A stretch of DNA of 34,261 nucleotides from Paraspadella gotoi (GCA_051294375.1 JBJCIZ010001084.1:1-34261); one strand, 5' to 3'; positions 1 through 33,450 are shown, counted from the first letter of the stretch. Numbers and translations are program-made. Notes: generated by a model from the sequence alone, not told the origin.

Positions 1-1470
1 GGAGGATAACGTTGCGCCGGAGCGGCATTCTCACATTATTAGGTTTATACTATGAATACTAGTCATTATCAACTTTTCACAAGCAATTGGTTGTAGCAAT
101 TTCATATAATAAAACTGACATCTATTTATACTGATTTTTTACTTAATTGTTTTTTAACCTATGAACTTTTGGCCTTACCCCTCTACTACCGCTCCCCAAC
201 TTCTTCTAACCGAGACTTATTCCTCGACCGCTTCTCATAATCCCCAACCCTCTCCGCTCCCTCACCTCCCCACGCCCAAAGGCCATTCAACGCCGAACGA
301 CGACATCCGAGATGTTTAGCTTGCGTCTGGGAGAAGTCGGACCCAAGGCGAACCCACGCTACATTCGTACACGCCCAGCTAGGAGGAGCTTATCTGCGGA
401 TCTGACCCGCGATTGGGTGGCCAAGGCCCAAGCATTGCCATCGCCGCCTTCGCTCCCATCAAAGAAAGAATCTCAATCCATTGTCTCGGACATCCTCTAC
501 CGTACGCTGTCGTCAGGCATCTCTTTGGGGCGATAGAGGAGTCGGAGGAGTTCGACGAGGTGAATGGTGGTCGGTCGTTTTTTATCTTTGTCTCTCTCAC
601 TTCTTTCTTTATATTATTTATGTTGGAGATTGGATTTTAGTGAAGAATCGCCAGTGGGCGAAGGTTGGCCCTCACGTCAAGGGGAGCGATGATACGCATC
701 TCCGGACATATAATTTTTCCTTTAACATCTTCTCCCTTCTCGTCCCTCAATGATGCCTCATCCCTTCATCTCCTAATACCCTCTCTTTCCGCAAACAGGT
801 CAACGCAAGATCGGCGAGGAAGTTCGACGGCGATTGTTTCCCAACAGCGGTATGAGCCAGCCCGTCGTACTGCGAATGTAGAGGAGGTACGGTGGCGGGG
901 CCGGCGGTGTCACTCCAGCGCGCCGCAGGTGGCGTTCCTCGGAGGGCAGCATGCGGATAGAAAGAATGTCAAGGGTGGAGAATATAATGGAAACTACTAT
1001 TTCAGTATTGTTGTTTTTGCTTTTTTTTGCTTTTTCATATTTTTTCTATTACATCATATATCACTTTATAATATTATTTATTAATGTCGTTCAGATATAT
1101 TTCGTTCGTCCTTTAGAATTACACTCCCAGGGCTTTCAATACCGCCATTGGAGCGGTCCCAAGTATTAACAAGCTATTATGATCCGCTCATATCTTCCCT
1201 TTGGTTCTCCTCTCCTTCTCCTCTTTCTAGAACAGAGCCACTGTGCACCGCTTCCTTCCAAACGCTTACTTTTCTCCGGAGAGAGGGTGCTCGTCCCTTA
1301 CGTCTGTCGACAGGTAAAGTAATCGATTTATATGTTGGAAGTATTATGGATATTATTTTGCATTCTTATGGTTTTGAAATAAGCAGTTAAAACAAAATTT
1401 AAATATAAAAAAAAAAAAAAACATGATCACGCTCAACACTCACCATCTAGCCACGCCAGGCTCTGAGAGA
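1..1470 (+). CDS. Unidentified spliced gene, 3' part; exons ~1-42, 282-559, 641-704, 799-928, 1117-1162, 1236-1313, 1451-?
   Basis: GC-rich segments separated by short AT- or pyrimidine-rich introns, mostly with GT-AG ends. Phases agree (HII-AG|G-PFN; GCA G|AA-LHSQGFQYRHWSGP; AA|A-ATVHRFLPNAYF). Peptides include GGQGPSIAIAAFAPIKERISIHCLGHPLPYAVVRHLFGAIEESEEFDE. Confidence 0.65.
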
Positions 1471-3227
1471 GACGGTTAACCGAGATCCCGGCCGCGAGCG
1501 CATCAAGCGCTGATCGGAGTCGGACACAGATAGCGCCGCTCATCCGTATTAGCCTCCGTCGGAAGCGGGCGCGACCGGGCGCAGTCGCTCATCCGTCGCC
1601 GCACTCCTCCCGCGCCGCCCGCGGCGCGAGCCGACCGAAGCTCAAGAGAGAGAACACCGACGCCGACGTCCGCCGCCACGAGCAGGCGCCGCCCGCCGTA
1701 CTTTCTGTCACGGACCATTCGACGAAGGACGCCGGGACCCAGGCAGATGCGCGACAGAAACGCCAACGGCGTCGGTGAAGACGCGCTGCACACTCTCTGG
1801 CACGCCACACTCTCTCGCGTCGCGACGACGACGACGAAAAGACTGCGCACCCACCAACCGCACCGAGCAATGACTACACGAGCGTTTAGAACGCGCATCG
1901 ACGCAGGCTTCACGCAATTCTTCCTCATAACTCATCTAACCAACATATACTAACTGCACTGATCGCCCTTCACACATTTCGCCGACGGCCGCGCAGCGCT
2001 GGTTGCGCGGCGCGAACAGGATCCCACGCGCACAAGGACATGCACAGACGCGGCGCCGTGGGACGAGCGGGTCCGCCCGAACAACAACGCCAAACTGGAG
2101 AGAACGGCGCCGTGGTCCGGTTGAGAGGAAGCTATCGGAGTGAATCGTCGAGAAGGAAGACTAGGCCTCAGCCACACCAACCACTCTCGGGTATGAGTGA
2201 AGCAGTAGTAGATTTGAAGAGCGGAGCGAGAGAAGATGTAGAGGGAGATCAACGGCGAGGGCGTGGGTTCGCACACGGAGGGAGGAGAGAACGTTGTGGT
2301 TTCGAAGGAGGATGTCCTCCGATTTCTCTACAGGAGCGGTTTTCCTTCTAACTTTTTAAGGCTTGAATATATATATATATAATTATATATAATATATATA
2401 TCCTGCTGAAAACATTTGTTAATCAGTCGAGTGAATATTTTGAACATTTGATTTTTTTTGAAACTTGCGAAAATGAACTTAAACTGACCTAAACGCCCAG
2501 GAGCAATTATCATTAATTTGATGACAAACTGATGACAGCCGCGACCACACCACAAACCTCGAAACATTTGCATGAACAAAACAACCACATCGCTTATTTA
2601 GCTCAAGTGAAAACACTTGCCCGATTCTCAACAATTTTCTAAACGATTCCCCTTTTTTTCTCACTGCACCTCTATTATAAGTGACACAGAAGAGTCACCT
2701 GTCTCTTATCTTTTATGCTCCATTTTGAATAATTTATCTCGTAATTTGTATATTTATATTTATAAGATTTTACATAGAGAACCTTTTGCGATCATGAACG
2801 AGATAAACATCCTTATCTAGTCATCTTTCGAAAAAAAATAAAATTGTTGTCAACTGCCCATGATTTCCATTCTTTCAGCCAGTCCAGTGTTCATATTATC
2901 CATTAGTCATATGTTTTGCCTGTAAACTATTTTTTGTAATCAAATTGAAAAAAAAAATTACATATTTTTAAACGCGATGTGATAAGTAGTCAAGATTCTA
3001 TTTTTTAATTAGAGTTGTCTTAGAGTTGAGATATGAGTAATATTAGTTCTTCTTGGAGGAGTTAGATAAGAAATTGCCAATTGACTCGAAAGATATTTCG
3101 TTCCACAAAGGTTCTATCTCACTTTTAAAGAACGACAAAGCTTTGAAAGGCTGCAGCCGGAATGCTAGTTACGAAAAGAAGAGGCGAAAATAAGGGAGAA
3201 GAGGACGAGGGGGAGTGGGGGTAGCGC

Positions 3228-3325
3228 CCGCGAGTAACTCGGAGCACTCTATAAGTCCAGACATTTTCTGTTGGTACGGAATCCGATCGGTATGTCCTGC
3301 CCGTGTCTGTCCCACTAGACGTTAA
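3228..3325 (+). mobile_element. Possible dispersed non-autonomous element end (similar at ~11364 and ~19951)
   Basis: Shared cgcgagta..cg.gagca.ctctataag followed by GTCY/GTCG-like repeats. Confidence 0.3.
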
Positions 3326-4749
3326 AAGATGCATATAATTGCAAAAATATTCCGCTTATTCCATTTTCCAATCATGAAATTGATATATATACAGCATCTT
3401 AGAATAAACTTTCATTAAGCCTTGAAAATTATAAAACAATATAATAAGAATACCATTTTAACCTCTTATTCTTATTTCATTTCATTTCATTTCGCCTCTT
3501 TTTTCTCCTCTCCCTTTTATTTTTCCTCTCTTTCCTCCCTTTTTTCTCTCCCCTTCCGGCAAAACCATGTTTCTACAAATCCTTAATGTCCCAACAGTCT
3601 TTTCTCTAAAATTTATATTCTGTTACCTCCATCCATCCATCCATTTTATGCCATCATATCCATCTATCCATTCCGACTCATCAATCCATTAATTCCATCA
3701 TCCCATCCATCTTTAGCGCCTAAACAACAACAACAACAACCTCAACAACAACAATTTACACTCGATCATCAAACAACCACTTAATCCCATCAGTAAAGTT
3801 CCCACACATCCATGCGCATCCATGCCATCCATCATCCAATCAATACGAGCGGTCGCTGCTAACGTTATAGACGTCAAGACTCGTATGTTTCCACGTGTAC
3901 TCTCGCTCGTTACTCAGACGTCGCATGTTAGCGTTGATCACGGCCCACAATGTACGCACGAATCCGAGGTTGTACGGTCTTGTCCAAGTCGGTCTGTCTG
4001 TTGCACCAAGCAAGAACCGCTTGAATTAATCTGGTTGTTAATTTTTTTTCGTGAACCTTAAAAAAAAAAAAAAAATTAAAACTCTTAGGAAGGATTTACT
4101 CGGCAGCTTTAAGCTGTCTTATAGAGATATTTCTATCTCTTCGTCCAAAGTTCACAGCATAAAGAAGAAGTCCACGCGACGAAAACAGTTTCATCCCTTG
4201 TGTTGTCTTTCTTTAGAATTGTACAGCAGCATTATAGCATTGAATCGAGAAGAAAACGAAAGAAGGATATTCATCACGAGGGACGCAAATAAGTGTCGGC
4301 GCGAAAAAATCGAATCAATTGACACGAGAATGTTTTATGTTGCTTTTAGGTTATTAGTTCCCTTTTTCTGTTTGTGGGCGAGATACATAGACATTGGCGG
4401 TGGCGAGGGTGTGGAGAAGAGCGTTTTATCGTCGTGTTTTATAGCGCCTGTGATCTTAAATACTAGAGACGGGTGAATTAGTCGCTATTTGCGGCGATGG
4501 GCAGAGCGGGCAGGTGTGAAGAGATGTGTAGATGTGAAGGTATGTAGTCGTTCGATTCCATCGTTCCTGCGAATCGCGAATCGACTTCAATGAAAACGCA
4601 CGGACGGCTCCCAGAGTTTCAGCGGCCCCGGAGATCCGCGAAGCTGAGTATGCCTGCCAAAAAGCGGCGCTTCCTTTCTTTTTTTTTTCTGTGCGTGATA
4701 ACGTCATTTGACGACGGGTAAGTCCGCCGATCGGCGGGAAAGTGACGCC

Positions 4750-24110
<19,361 letters not shown>

Positions 24111-24713
24111 CCGAACAAAAAGTTGCGTAATATGTAGTATTAAGGAAAAAATGGAAAATATTTCAAGGGGAAAAAAATCATATCTCTCATATATAACTAA
24201 AAAAATCTTAGAGGGAAATGGAACGACATGAAAATTAAAGAGTGGATATCCCGATAAATATATCTAAAAGATGTTGTAATAAAACAAAAAAACAAAAAAA
24301 CAATAAAACAAATCTTATAAATCTAATAGATCAAGTATAAACTGGATTCTATAATTGAGTTTTCGGTTGCAGCTCAGTGAAACAATTTCAAGCTCTTATC
24401 AGTTAACTCGGCCTCGCTACCTACTCCTACGCAAAATAGCCGTTCCTGGATTCGTTTTTCCAAGAGATTCCAACCAGATATGAGTTGATACGCTTTATAT
24501 AACTTGATTCTGAGCTCATATCAGTAGAAGGACGAGTATGAAAACAAAACATGACGAAATGAATACAAACTAAAGCGTTAAACAACGATGCGGAAAGGCG
24601 AAATAGTTAAAAAAAGACAAACAAACAAATGAAGAGTGGATGATAATTAATGAATGTACGTAGGTAGAGTAACATAACATAAGAAAAAACACACTAAACC
24701 AGATCGGACTCAC

Positions 24714-24871
24714 TGTTTGCTGTGACAGCCGAATCTTCCCAACAGTAGATCAACGGGCGACGCCGCTCTGTTCACCGCGGCGTGGTGATTCTTGTTGTTT
24801 TGTTGTTGCGCCGTCGTTCTCCCTGAATCTGTTTCCTCTCGACTTCTTTCTCTATGGCAATTTGGTCTCGC
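24714..24871 (-). CDS. Candidate N-terminal PLXDC exon
   Basis: aattcag acceptor and gtgagt donor flank a GC-richer segment upstream of the confirmed exons; no motif recognised. Confidence 0.4.
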
Positions 24872-25014
24872 CTGAATTAATAAACATCCACATATTAATA
24901 ATAATAATAATAATATTAACTATAAATTGATTAAAAATTATATATTAATGATATTATTTTTTTTTTCTGCCCGGCTTTCACTTCTTATTAAGTCACTACT
25001 GATCTTAGCCGAAT

Positions 25015-25041
25015 GACGACGACGACGACGACGACGACGAC
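25015..25041 (+). repeat. (GAC)n microsatellite
   Basis: Direct observation. Confidence 0.9.
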
Positions 25042-27883
25042 AGCGACCCGCGGCTTTCAAAACATCCGTCCTTCCTAGTTTCGGCATAAAAAAGCCCACG
25101 CGGAATTCTTGCCGTAACAAACCCGTTCGCTCCTGGCTTCACTATGTCGTGTTGTGAAGCGTTCATAGATGCCAAGTGGCCTTTTATGGAGTGTCCAAAG
25201 AGTGACGCAGCTTTTATGGCAGTGAAAAAAAAACGTGATGGTGCGACGACTTCCTTATAACGTATTGGGAAAGTCGTGACAATGTGTGATCGGGATTGTC
25301 TGGCGCGAAGTTTGCGCAGTTCTATGGGCACCGCGTCCGTCGCTGTATAACTCTCGCGTCATACAAAGCGAATTAAAAAAAGGTTTGTTTTGATAGTGTC
25401 GCTGGATAAATAATTTGACAATAGTATTTGTTAAAATACAAAAATATTATTAACATTGGCAGGATACTTAGATAAAAAAAATCACTTAAAATAAAAAATA
25501 CAGATATTTAAGGTCGTATACGATTAAGAAAAAATACTGCGGACTCAGTTCTATGCGAACATACGAACGAACGATAACAACAACGAAAAAACTCAACAAC
25601 ACAACAACGCATGACACGACGACGTCTCTCCCTGTCTCAACCTTTGATCGACGACCCCAAAAACGGAGAAAAAATATCTTTATTTAGGTCCTAATATCGT
25701 ATTTGTGTGCATTTGTATACAAGGAGGCGTCGAGAGTCTTTTGTTTAGTCTCGAAACCTCAAAGTGGCCTCGAGCCGTGCAAAGGAATTATAGTCGCGAC
25801 ATCTCGAGACCGAAACCTTGTTAAATTCTTTGGAGAAAAATGAGGCTGAATTGGGATATTTAATGTGCGAAAAAAAAAGAGTACAGTCGATTATGAGGAG
25901 ATTGTTTTTTTTTTACCGGATCTTTGTCTCCAATCTTAGTCCTTACTCCCAAACTTTGATACTTAATAATTGTTCTTATATATTGTACTTATCTTTTATT
26001 CACTTCGCTGAATTCTAGGTTTTTACTCCAAATTAACATAATAGGTAAATTTGATATATTTTCTGCACTCTCTATTTTTATTTGATTTAACGTATTTTTT
26101 CTTCTAATGCACTAGAATAAACCCTTGGAAAGTAGGGATGAGCCTCTGTCTGTTGGAATAAAGAGAAAAGGTTAATCTTTGGTTTTAGAGTCACGAGAAT
26201 GAAGGGATTAGGGCGAGTTCAGAAATAGGGTTGCAGGCGTGAAGGAGAAAGCAGAGGCCGGGATGAAATATGGAGCAGAAGGAATTGACTTGATTTAGGG
26301 GAAGGTTGTGCGTGGGCGTAGGACGTGCAGGGATGTATCATTGGCAGCAGGGCGAGAGATGCGCAGAAAGGATGAAACTTGGCAGAGTCGAGGCAAAAAT
26401 ATTGCTGGTGTGAGGGAATGACTAGAAAAACAGGCGAGTACGGGATGGGAGATGTATGACTACGAAAGCGCCATGGACAAAGATAGATTGGTATGTCTTG
26501 GGGTTGACAATGCAAAGCAAGGAAGGGGATAATGAAATCCCTTGTCATGGCAATGACTAACATGTGTCATTGGGTGGGCACGATGCGACGACTATCAGGG
26601 ACTCGGAATCCTAGTTTCTCATGATGACACGTGAGATGAACTATTGGAAAAGAACTTTCTCTCAGTATTCATCAGAGATTCTATGAGGGACGACGATCGA
26701 CGACGGACGAGACGACGATTCCCATCAGAGAATTCGCTGACAGACATATCGGCGTCGACGACAGCGGGTCGCACGACGTTGATGACGACGACGACGACGA
26801 CGCGATCAACGGACGACGCTATGAACAAGAAACACGAAAGCGACTAAAGGAAGAGCGACCCGAGCGGCACGACGCACGACCGAGACGACGACAGAGACGC
26901 CGACAGCCTGACGGACCGACAAGAGGACGACTCTAACCGACTAATCCCTTTTTTTCTAAAAAAAGACCGAGAATCTCATGCTTATCTTCTTCTGTTCTTT
27001 TTGTGGGGCCGTGACCACAAGGGGAAAGCCTAATAAAATGAAAAGAAAACAAGGGAGAATATTTTCCACCCATTATCAGACTAAACCTATTCCTCTTCTA
27101 AAATACCATATAGTAAAGATAGTCGCTGAAAATTTTAGATCCGAACAAACCATTCGATCGCGCTCTCTCACTTCTGTCCACAAAGCTTTTTCCTTGCATC
27201 TTTCACAAACGACATTGCTTTTGAAAAACACAACAATTGAAGAAGAACAAGAGGTGTATCTTTCCCAAAAGAACTGATTCGTCGAAAACGTCGAATTGGT
27301 TTTCATTTTTACCCCCCCCAAAAAGAATACTCTAGCTCCTTGTGCCTTCTGTATCTTTGTCTCTCTCTCGGGCCGTCTTACTTTCCGCCAATTTGGCGCG
27401 CCACTGTTTGGCCCCAAAACGGCGAACAAGAGGCGTTCCTTTCCGATTGTCAAATAGAAAAACACTTCTCTGTTCTCATTTGCCATCGTAAATAAAAAAA
27501 GGAGGAGGGGCCGCACCCGTATGGGGGTTTACTGCACGGCCCTTGCGGCGGGCTTATGGGGCCGTAACGTGACCGAGTTACAAGGACGAACACGGGACCG
27601 CTTGGAAGATTGTTCCCTGTTTGAGATCACCTTTCGCTCCGGATGTTCATTTTTGGGACGACAGCAATCTACCATACTCCCGCTTTTGAGATGTCCGACT
27701 GAAGGGCCAAGAGGAGACAGACGAGGAGGACCGAGACCCGACGAGACGAGCGAGACCCGACGAAACGCGCACGAACTGACCGGAACGAGACGTGACCGCC
27801 GACGGAGAGAGAACTGACCGAGCCCGAGACCGAGACCGACGACGAGAGAGACCACACAGTATACGAAGAAAACCAAGAATTAC

Positions 27884-28027
27884 CTCGATTTCCACGAGAA
27901 GCTGGCTTAAAACGAATTAAATATCAAGTCGCTCGAGAGGAGACGCGTCGAGACCAAGGGAATATAAGGACGATTAGAGTAATGGAACCTAAAATTAAAT
28001 GTAAACGATCGTCGAAGAACAGAACAT
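27884..28027 (-). CDS. Candidate first coding exon with signal-peptide-like stretch (MFCSSTIVY / LILGSITLIVLI / SLGLDASP)
   Basis: ATG at 28027, hydrophobic run across frameshifts, GAG|gtaatt donor at 27883. Inference from the type I membrane topology of PLXDC. Confidence 0.3.
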
Positions 28028-30241
28028 AGGAATAGTCAACTGCGTCCGGATGATCTAACATAACGGACGGCGCGCGACACGAGAAGTGACGCCGCCCGAT
28101 CGCCGCCCGCGCCGACGCGAGCACAGGAACGCGCGAAGGCCTTCGTCATCACATCGCGCGACACTATCAAATCCTTATGAAGTATATCATTGATCTCTCA
28201 ATATTACGATACTCAGAATAACAGACGAAATGTATTTCGAACGTCGACTGGCATAGCAGTATCTTCTGAAACTACTATTCTCTATTTCAAAATATGACAC
28301 AAGAAGTCTGAAATGCCAAGACGCCAAAGGAAATAACAAATCCCCGACAAAAATGCAGACACGAGAACGGATCCGAGATGCGAGCTCAAATAATTAATAT
28401 CTTGTAATAATATTGACTTAGCGATTTACTTATATATTCAAAAATATGAAGAATCTTATTACATCACCGAACTATAAGAGTAAATGCATCATCAGAACCG
28501 ATCTACCAATTGAATAGGCAGGAAAGGCCATAGCGTCCTGAGGCAGCTTTCGCTAAAAACCTCTCAAAAAATATTCGACTCTCACCGGTTGCCTCATGAA
28601 TCCAGTTAAAATTTTAACTTGAAGACCTCCAAAATAACGACCGGCCACGAATAGAAAAAACATATTAGATTACAGACCACAAGAGCAGTGCCGCCTAACA
28701 ATACAAAATTTTTTAGAGTGCTCCCTGCGCAGAGAACCTCCGATGCCAGCCGACCTAACGCGGAACTGAATTCCAGATCCTCATGCCGCTAACGCGCTGA
28801 ATTCTCCTGGAGACACGACCTGAGAGAGAGATGAGAGACCGAGAGAAATAAACGCACTTGCAGACCAAGAAATGTGACTTATTGCTACAACGACCCCCCC
28901 CAAAACAAAACAATTAGCCCCGTGCGACCTCATCGTGGACAAAGGACCATTTAAATTATGGTCGTCCACGACCAAAAGACAGAATCTCCTCCCTCCAATT
29001 TCACAATTTACCTCTAAGTTACCTTACCTATTCATGCTGCAATCGGCAGCAATCCTATGTTTAAAGATTCGGAGCGAGCCTGGAAAACAATTCCGAGAAA
29101 AAAAAGTTGTTAAAAAAGTAAAACATCTACTACATAAGAATGATAATTTAATATTTTAATCGTATCTGTGTGAAAAAAAATTAAGTTTTTTTTTTGTCGA
29201 ACGCGGAGTCAAACATATTAAAACAAGTTAATAACAATTTTGCGCGTAAATCGTTAAATAACAACCAAAGATACTAATTGATGGATTCTCATCCCCTTCT
29301 CCCCTTTTGGAAAAAATATGAAACTGCTAAACTACTAATACTGCTTTCACCGACCAAATCACTAATAACTATTAAGTAAATCACAAACGAAACTAAATGT
29401 TGGTCAAGCGTACTACGTTCGTTATCGCCATCCAAAAAATCTATTTTAATCGCCCCGGAAATACATAAAAATCCTTTCTGTCAAAAATAATTCATGAAAA
29501 CCCTTTTTTATTTTGTCGATACCGTGAAGGAACATAAAATAACATTAATTCTCTGTGCATCTTGTACTTATCGATTAATGTTAATAAATTATTCGTTGAA
29601 GACAAAAAAGGAAAGAAAAAGAAGGAAGAAAAAAAAACTTTTTGGAAAGTCTCTCACTCTCAGCGTCTCTCTCTCTCTTTCTTTCTCTCGCCTTCTTCAC
29701 TCAATTCACTCTCTCTCACTCTCTTCTCTCGCTCGCTTGCACTCACGCACCAAAATAAAAAAAGTTGCAAAATATTAACACAAGGAAATAAAAAAGGAAA
29801 CAAACGTGATAAAAAAAAGGAAACAATAGAAAAAACAGAGAAAAAGAAACAGAGACTCGAAAACAAAACAAGAAAACAACCAACCAAAAAAAGCGAAAAT
29901 GTAATAAAAAAGAATAAGGAAAAAAAAAAGGAAAATAAGGATGAGAGAAAAAAATGGATTAAGCGTCTGAAAAAAAAAATAACGTCAACGACTTTGATCC
30001 AAGTGAATAAAATCAAGGAAAAGTCAACGACAACAACAACACAACAACCGGTACATAAAAACGAAGACAACAACTTGCAAACAAAAAATGCAACAAAAAC
30101 AAAACAAAACAAACAAACAAGAACCAATACAAGAGAAATACTGATTATCTGTTAAAAATATGTAAAAGAGACAAAATAAAAACAAAACAAAAAAGAAAAT
30201 AATAATTCCTGGAAACTTTCTTTTCCCTTTTTTCCGCCCAG

Positions 30242-33200
30242 TTCTTAATACAGACGGCGCCGGAGACCGCCCCGCTTTTTGCCATAGAAAGACGTCCGCT
30301 TTTAAACCATCGACTTTCTACGGCGTCAAAAGATCTTTAAGGACCGATGACGTCCGTCCGTACGATCGACATACTCGCGGCCACGACGTCCGTACCTCTC
30401 CTTTGACTAAAGACGGACGGAAATTCTTCGATCACGTACGCGGTCGGCTTAGCGCACCTACGTTCCGTTCCGTACGTCCCGCGGCCTCCCGTTACACGCG
30501 AATTCTTTCCAATTTAAAAGGATGATTGCTGTGGGGTCAATACGCTGTTTTGGCTCGTCGACGCCAAAACGAAAACGAAGGGAAAAATAAAGAAAGATTA
30601 AGAAAAATCCAATGATTCTTCGTTGTCGGTTTTTTGTCGGTTTTTTGTCCGGCTTAAATGTCGACAGTCAGAATAAAAGAAGAGGAATGAAAAGAACATC
30701 TAATTAATTGCCTCTCTAATTATAATTAGGCATATGATATTGAATTTAAAAAGAAGCGAACAAAATAAATTCCAAAAAATAAATTCGATTTCTGATAAAA
30801 AGGACCTCTAATTTCTGATGAAATTTCGTTGACCAAGAAGAAAGAATTAAAAACCATAAAAGGTCAAAAATGATGTAATACCCACCTCCCTCCCACCCTC
30901 CCCTCGTCTGCCACAAACAAAACTGACGAAACATTTATGAATCCGATTCACAGCTTTCAAATCCGTTTCTATGGTTACATAATTCCGCTTCTATGTTACA
31001 TAAAATCCTGCTTCTTATGTTTCATAAATCCGCCTTTCTTTCCACTCGGCTCCAAATCGTATTTTTTTTTGGTTGCCTTTCTTACCCCGCCCTTCCGCCC
31101 CTCTATTCCCCCCCTCTGTCCCCCCTCCTCCTCATCCTCTCTCCCTCATCCTTCCCCCTCTTCCTCATCCTCCCCCTCCTCCTCCTCCTCCTCCCCCTCC
31201 AGCCACGAATCTCCGTCGATAACGAGCATTATACGTCAGAAATTTTTTTTGCGCTGAGATCAGCCAGAAAGAGAAATAAAAAACCCCAGCGCCCCCTGTA
31301 ACCAGACACGAGAGAATGAGGACACAGATAGAGTAGAGAGACGGAGAGAGTATTCGGAGATCCAACGAGGGAACAATTTTAAACCTCGGGAGCGATCTCT
31401 GATCTCTCTCTTCATCGCTCTTCACGTTTTTTCTCTCTCTCTCTCTCTTCTCTAAATCTGTTATCTCTCCCTCTCTCTTTCTCTCTCTTTTCCTTGATCT
31501 GTCACTCGAGCAGTCCTACCCTGTCGGCGCTTTTTCCGCTTTACGAAAATATAAAATCAAAATGAACAGAAAACAAAAACATAAATAAAAAGTAAAAATC
31601 AAGCGGGCAATTTCCGTCACTGTCCGATATTTTAACCTCGTCGACCGACGAAACAAAAAAAAAAAAACAGAAAGATAAAACAACCACAGAACCACGAAGA
31701 GGGCGTAAAACTTGCGGAAGCCAAAAACCCGGGTGATCATTTCGGTCGGAAGCGACGAAAAAATATGACGCCACGCTAACTCTTTGTGGTGTGCATAGTA
31801 GATACGACTCTCTCTCTCTCTCTCTGCTTCTCTTCTTCTCTCTCTTCTCTCTCTCTCTCTCTCCTTCTCTCTCTCTCCCAAATTCGGTTGCAAAAAACTC
31901 TTTTATTTAATTTACTTAGTTTAATATGATCGTCTGTTAGAGGAAAGAGGAAACTCTTGTTCGAGAAAGTGGAGTCTTTTTAGGAAAGCTTCTTGCTGCC
32001 AACGAGCAAGCAGCTTGGCAGTTAACCAAAAAAAGGAAAAAGCCGAACCAAAGATCAGAGATCGTTTGGGGCTGCAAGCAAGCGAGCAAGCAAGCGAGCA
32101 AGCAAGCGAGACAAGCAAGCGAGCAAGCAACCGACGACGGATCTCACCAATCTCCAGAATGTGATAAACTTTGTTGTCGGCACAAAACCAACTTTTTTTT
32201 CTTTTTTCTTTCTTTTTTTTTCGAACCGGATTCTCAAGAACCAAGTCTGGACCGCGGATAGAGCGAGAATCGATATTCCTACTTTTTCCGCCCAAAAAGC
32301 TTTTTGTTGCCTGATTCTGCAGCGACGGAGGAAAAGAAAAAACAACGACAACAAAGAAACAATCTCTTGACAACAACAACAAGAGAGACGACGACGGGCA
32401 AAACAACCGCCCGACTCATCGCCTCCAACGACGATGTATAACAAATATTAAGAAAACGCCTCTGCCCATATCAAAAGGCGACTCTCTCTCTGCTCTCTAC
32501 TCTGTCTCTCTCGTTGTCTCTACTCTCTCTCTTCTCTCTCTCTACTCTCTCTCTCTCTTCTCTCTCTCTCTCCTCTCATCTCTCTTTCTCTCTTCTCCCT
32601 CCACGCCCCGAGAATCGGCGAAGGTGACGCGACCAAGGAATTTCTCGAAAATTCATCGATCGTCTATCGGTCAATCATCGTCGTCGTCTCGTCGTCGTCT
32701 TCGTCGTCTCTGTCGTCAATCGTCGTAGTCTTTAATTAAAAAAAAAATACAAGATACACAATAAATTAAAACACGATTTAAAAATAAACAATTAAACTTA
32801 GTCAATTAAAAAGAGAGAAAATATAAAGTTAAAAAAAAAAGCATGTGGACTTCTAGTTATATTTCCACTCACGAATATCCTAACGCGATGAGAAGGCCTC
32901 ACAAAGATCAACGACAATTACCCGCTGAAAAGAGCTTCACAGAAACCGTTCGCCCTGACCTTACCGTGAACTTCGCTCCGTGACCAATCGAGCTGACAAT
33001 CGGCAGCTCGTCAACGTTTTCTGTGGACGCGGATTTTTCGGTAAAGAATATTTCCAAGGGAAAAACTTCCGTTTTTATCTATAAAACTCGAAAAATGAAA
33101 AATTATTTGCGCCTCAATAATGTCAGATTAATGTCACCTCTAACAGGATATTTATTTTAAAAGAAAAAACAAACACAAATATGTTTAAACTTTAAGTTAA

Positions 33201-33450
33201 AAACCAAGAATTAAAACGGAGTGTTTCCTTCTTAAAAACGAAAAAAATAAGGATCCAGACCGCTTATAATCTCCCCTAAACTGTGATTATGCCCCTTAAC
33301 TTCCATCCCTCGGATAAAAAAAAAAAAATAAAAACTAACTGTGGAAAATTCAAATTCGATGTATATGCCCCAAACAAACGAAGCTTCGCGTCTTATACGT
33401 TCGACGAGTCGACGTTGCCTTGACAACAAAGATCTACGTTCCCGCCAGAC
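30242..33450 (+). CDS. Possible fragmented plus-strand spliced gene (exon-like islands ~30242-30520, 31203-31270, 32613-32669, 32870-33040, 33345-33450)
   Basis: Complex-sequence islands, several after polypyrimidine tracts (ccgcccag at 30241, ctccag at 31202), with donors gtaaag (33041) and gtaagt (33451). No product recognised. Confidence 0.35.
32075..32130 (+). repeat. (GCAA/GCGA)n tandem repeat
   Basis: gcaagcaagcga units. Confidence 0.85.

Noticed and set aside
27700-27855. cgagac/gagacc-rich tract (also ~25745-25815) resembling hAT subterminal repeats
   Set aside because: No terminal inverted repeats or target-site duplication identified.
29562-30155. Lys-rich and Phe-rich ORFs on both strands
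   Set aside because: Products of A-rich low-complexity DNA.
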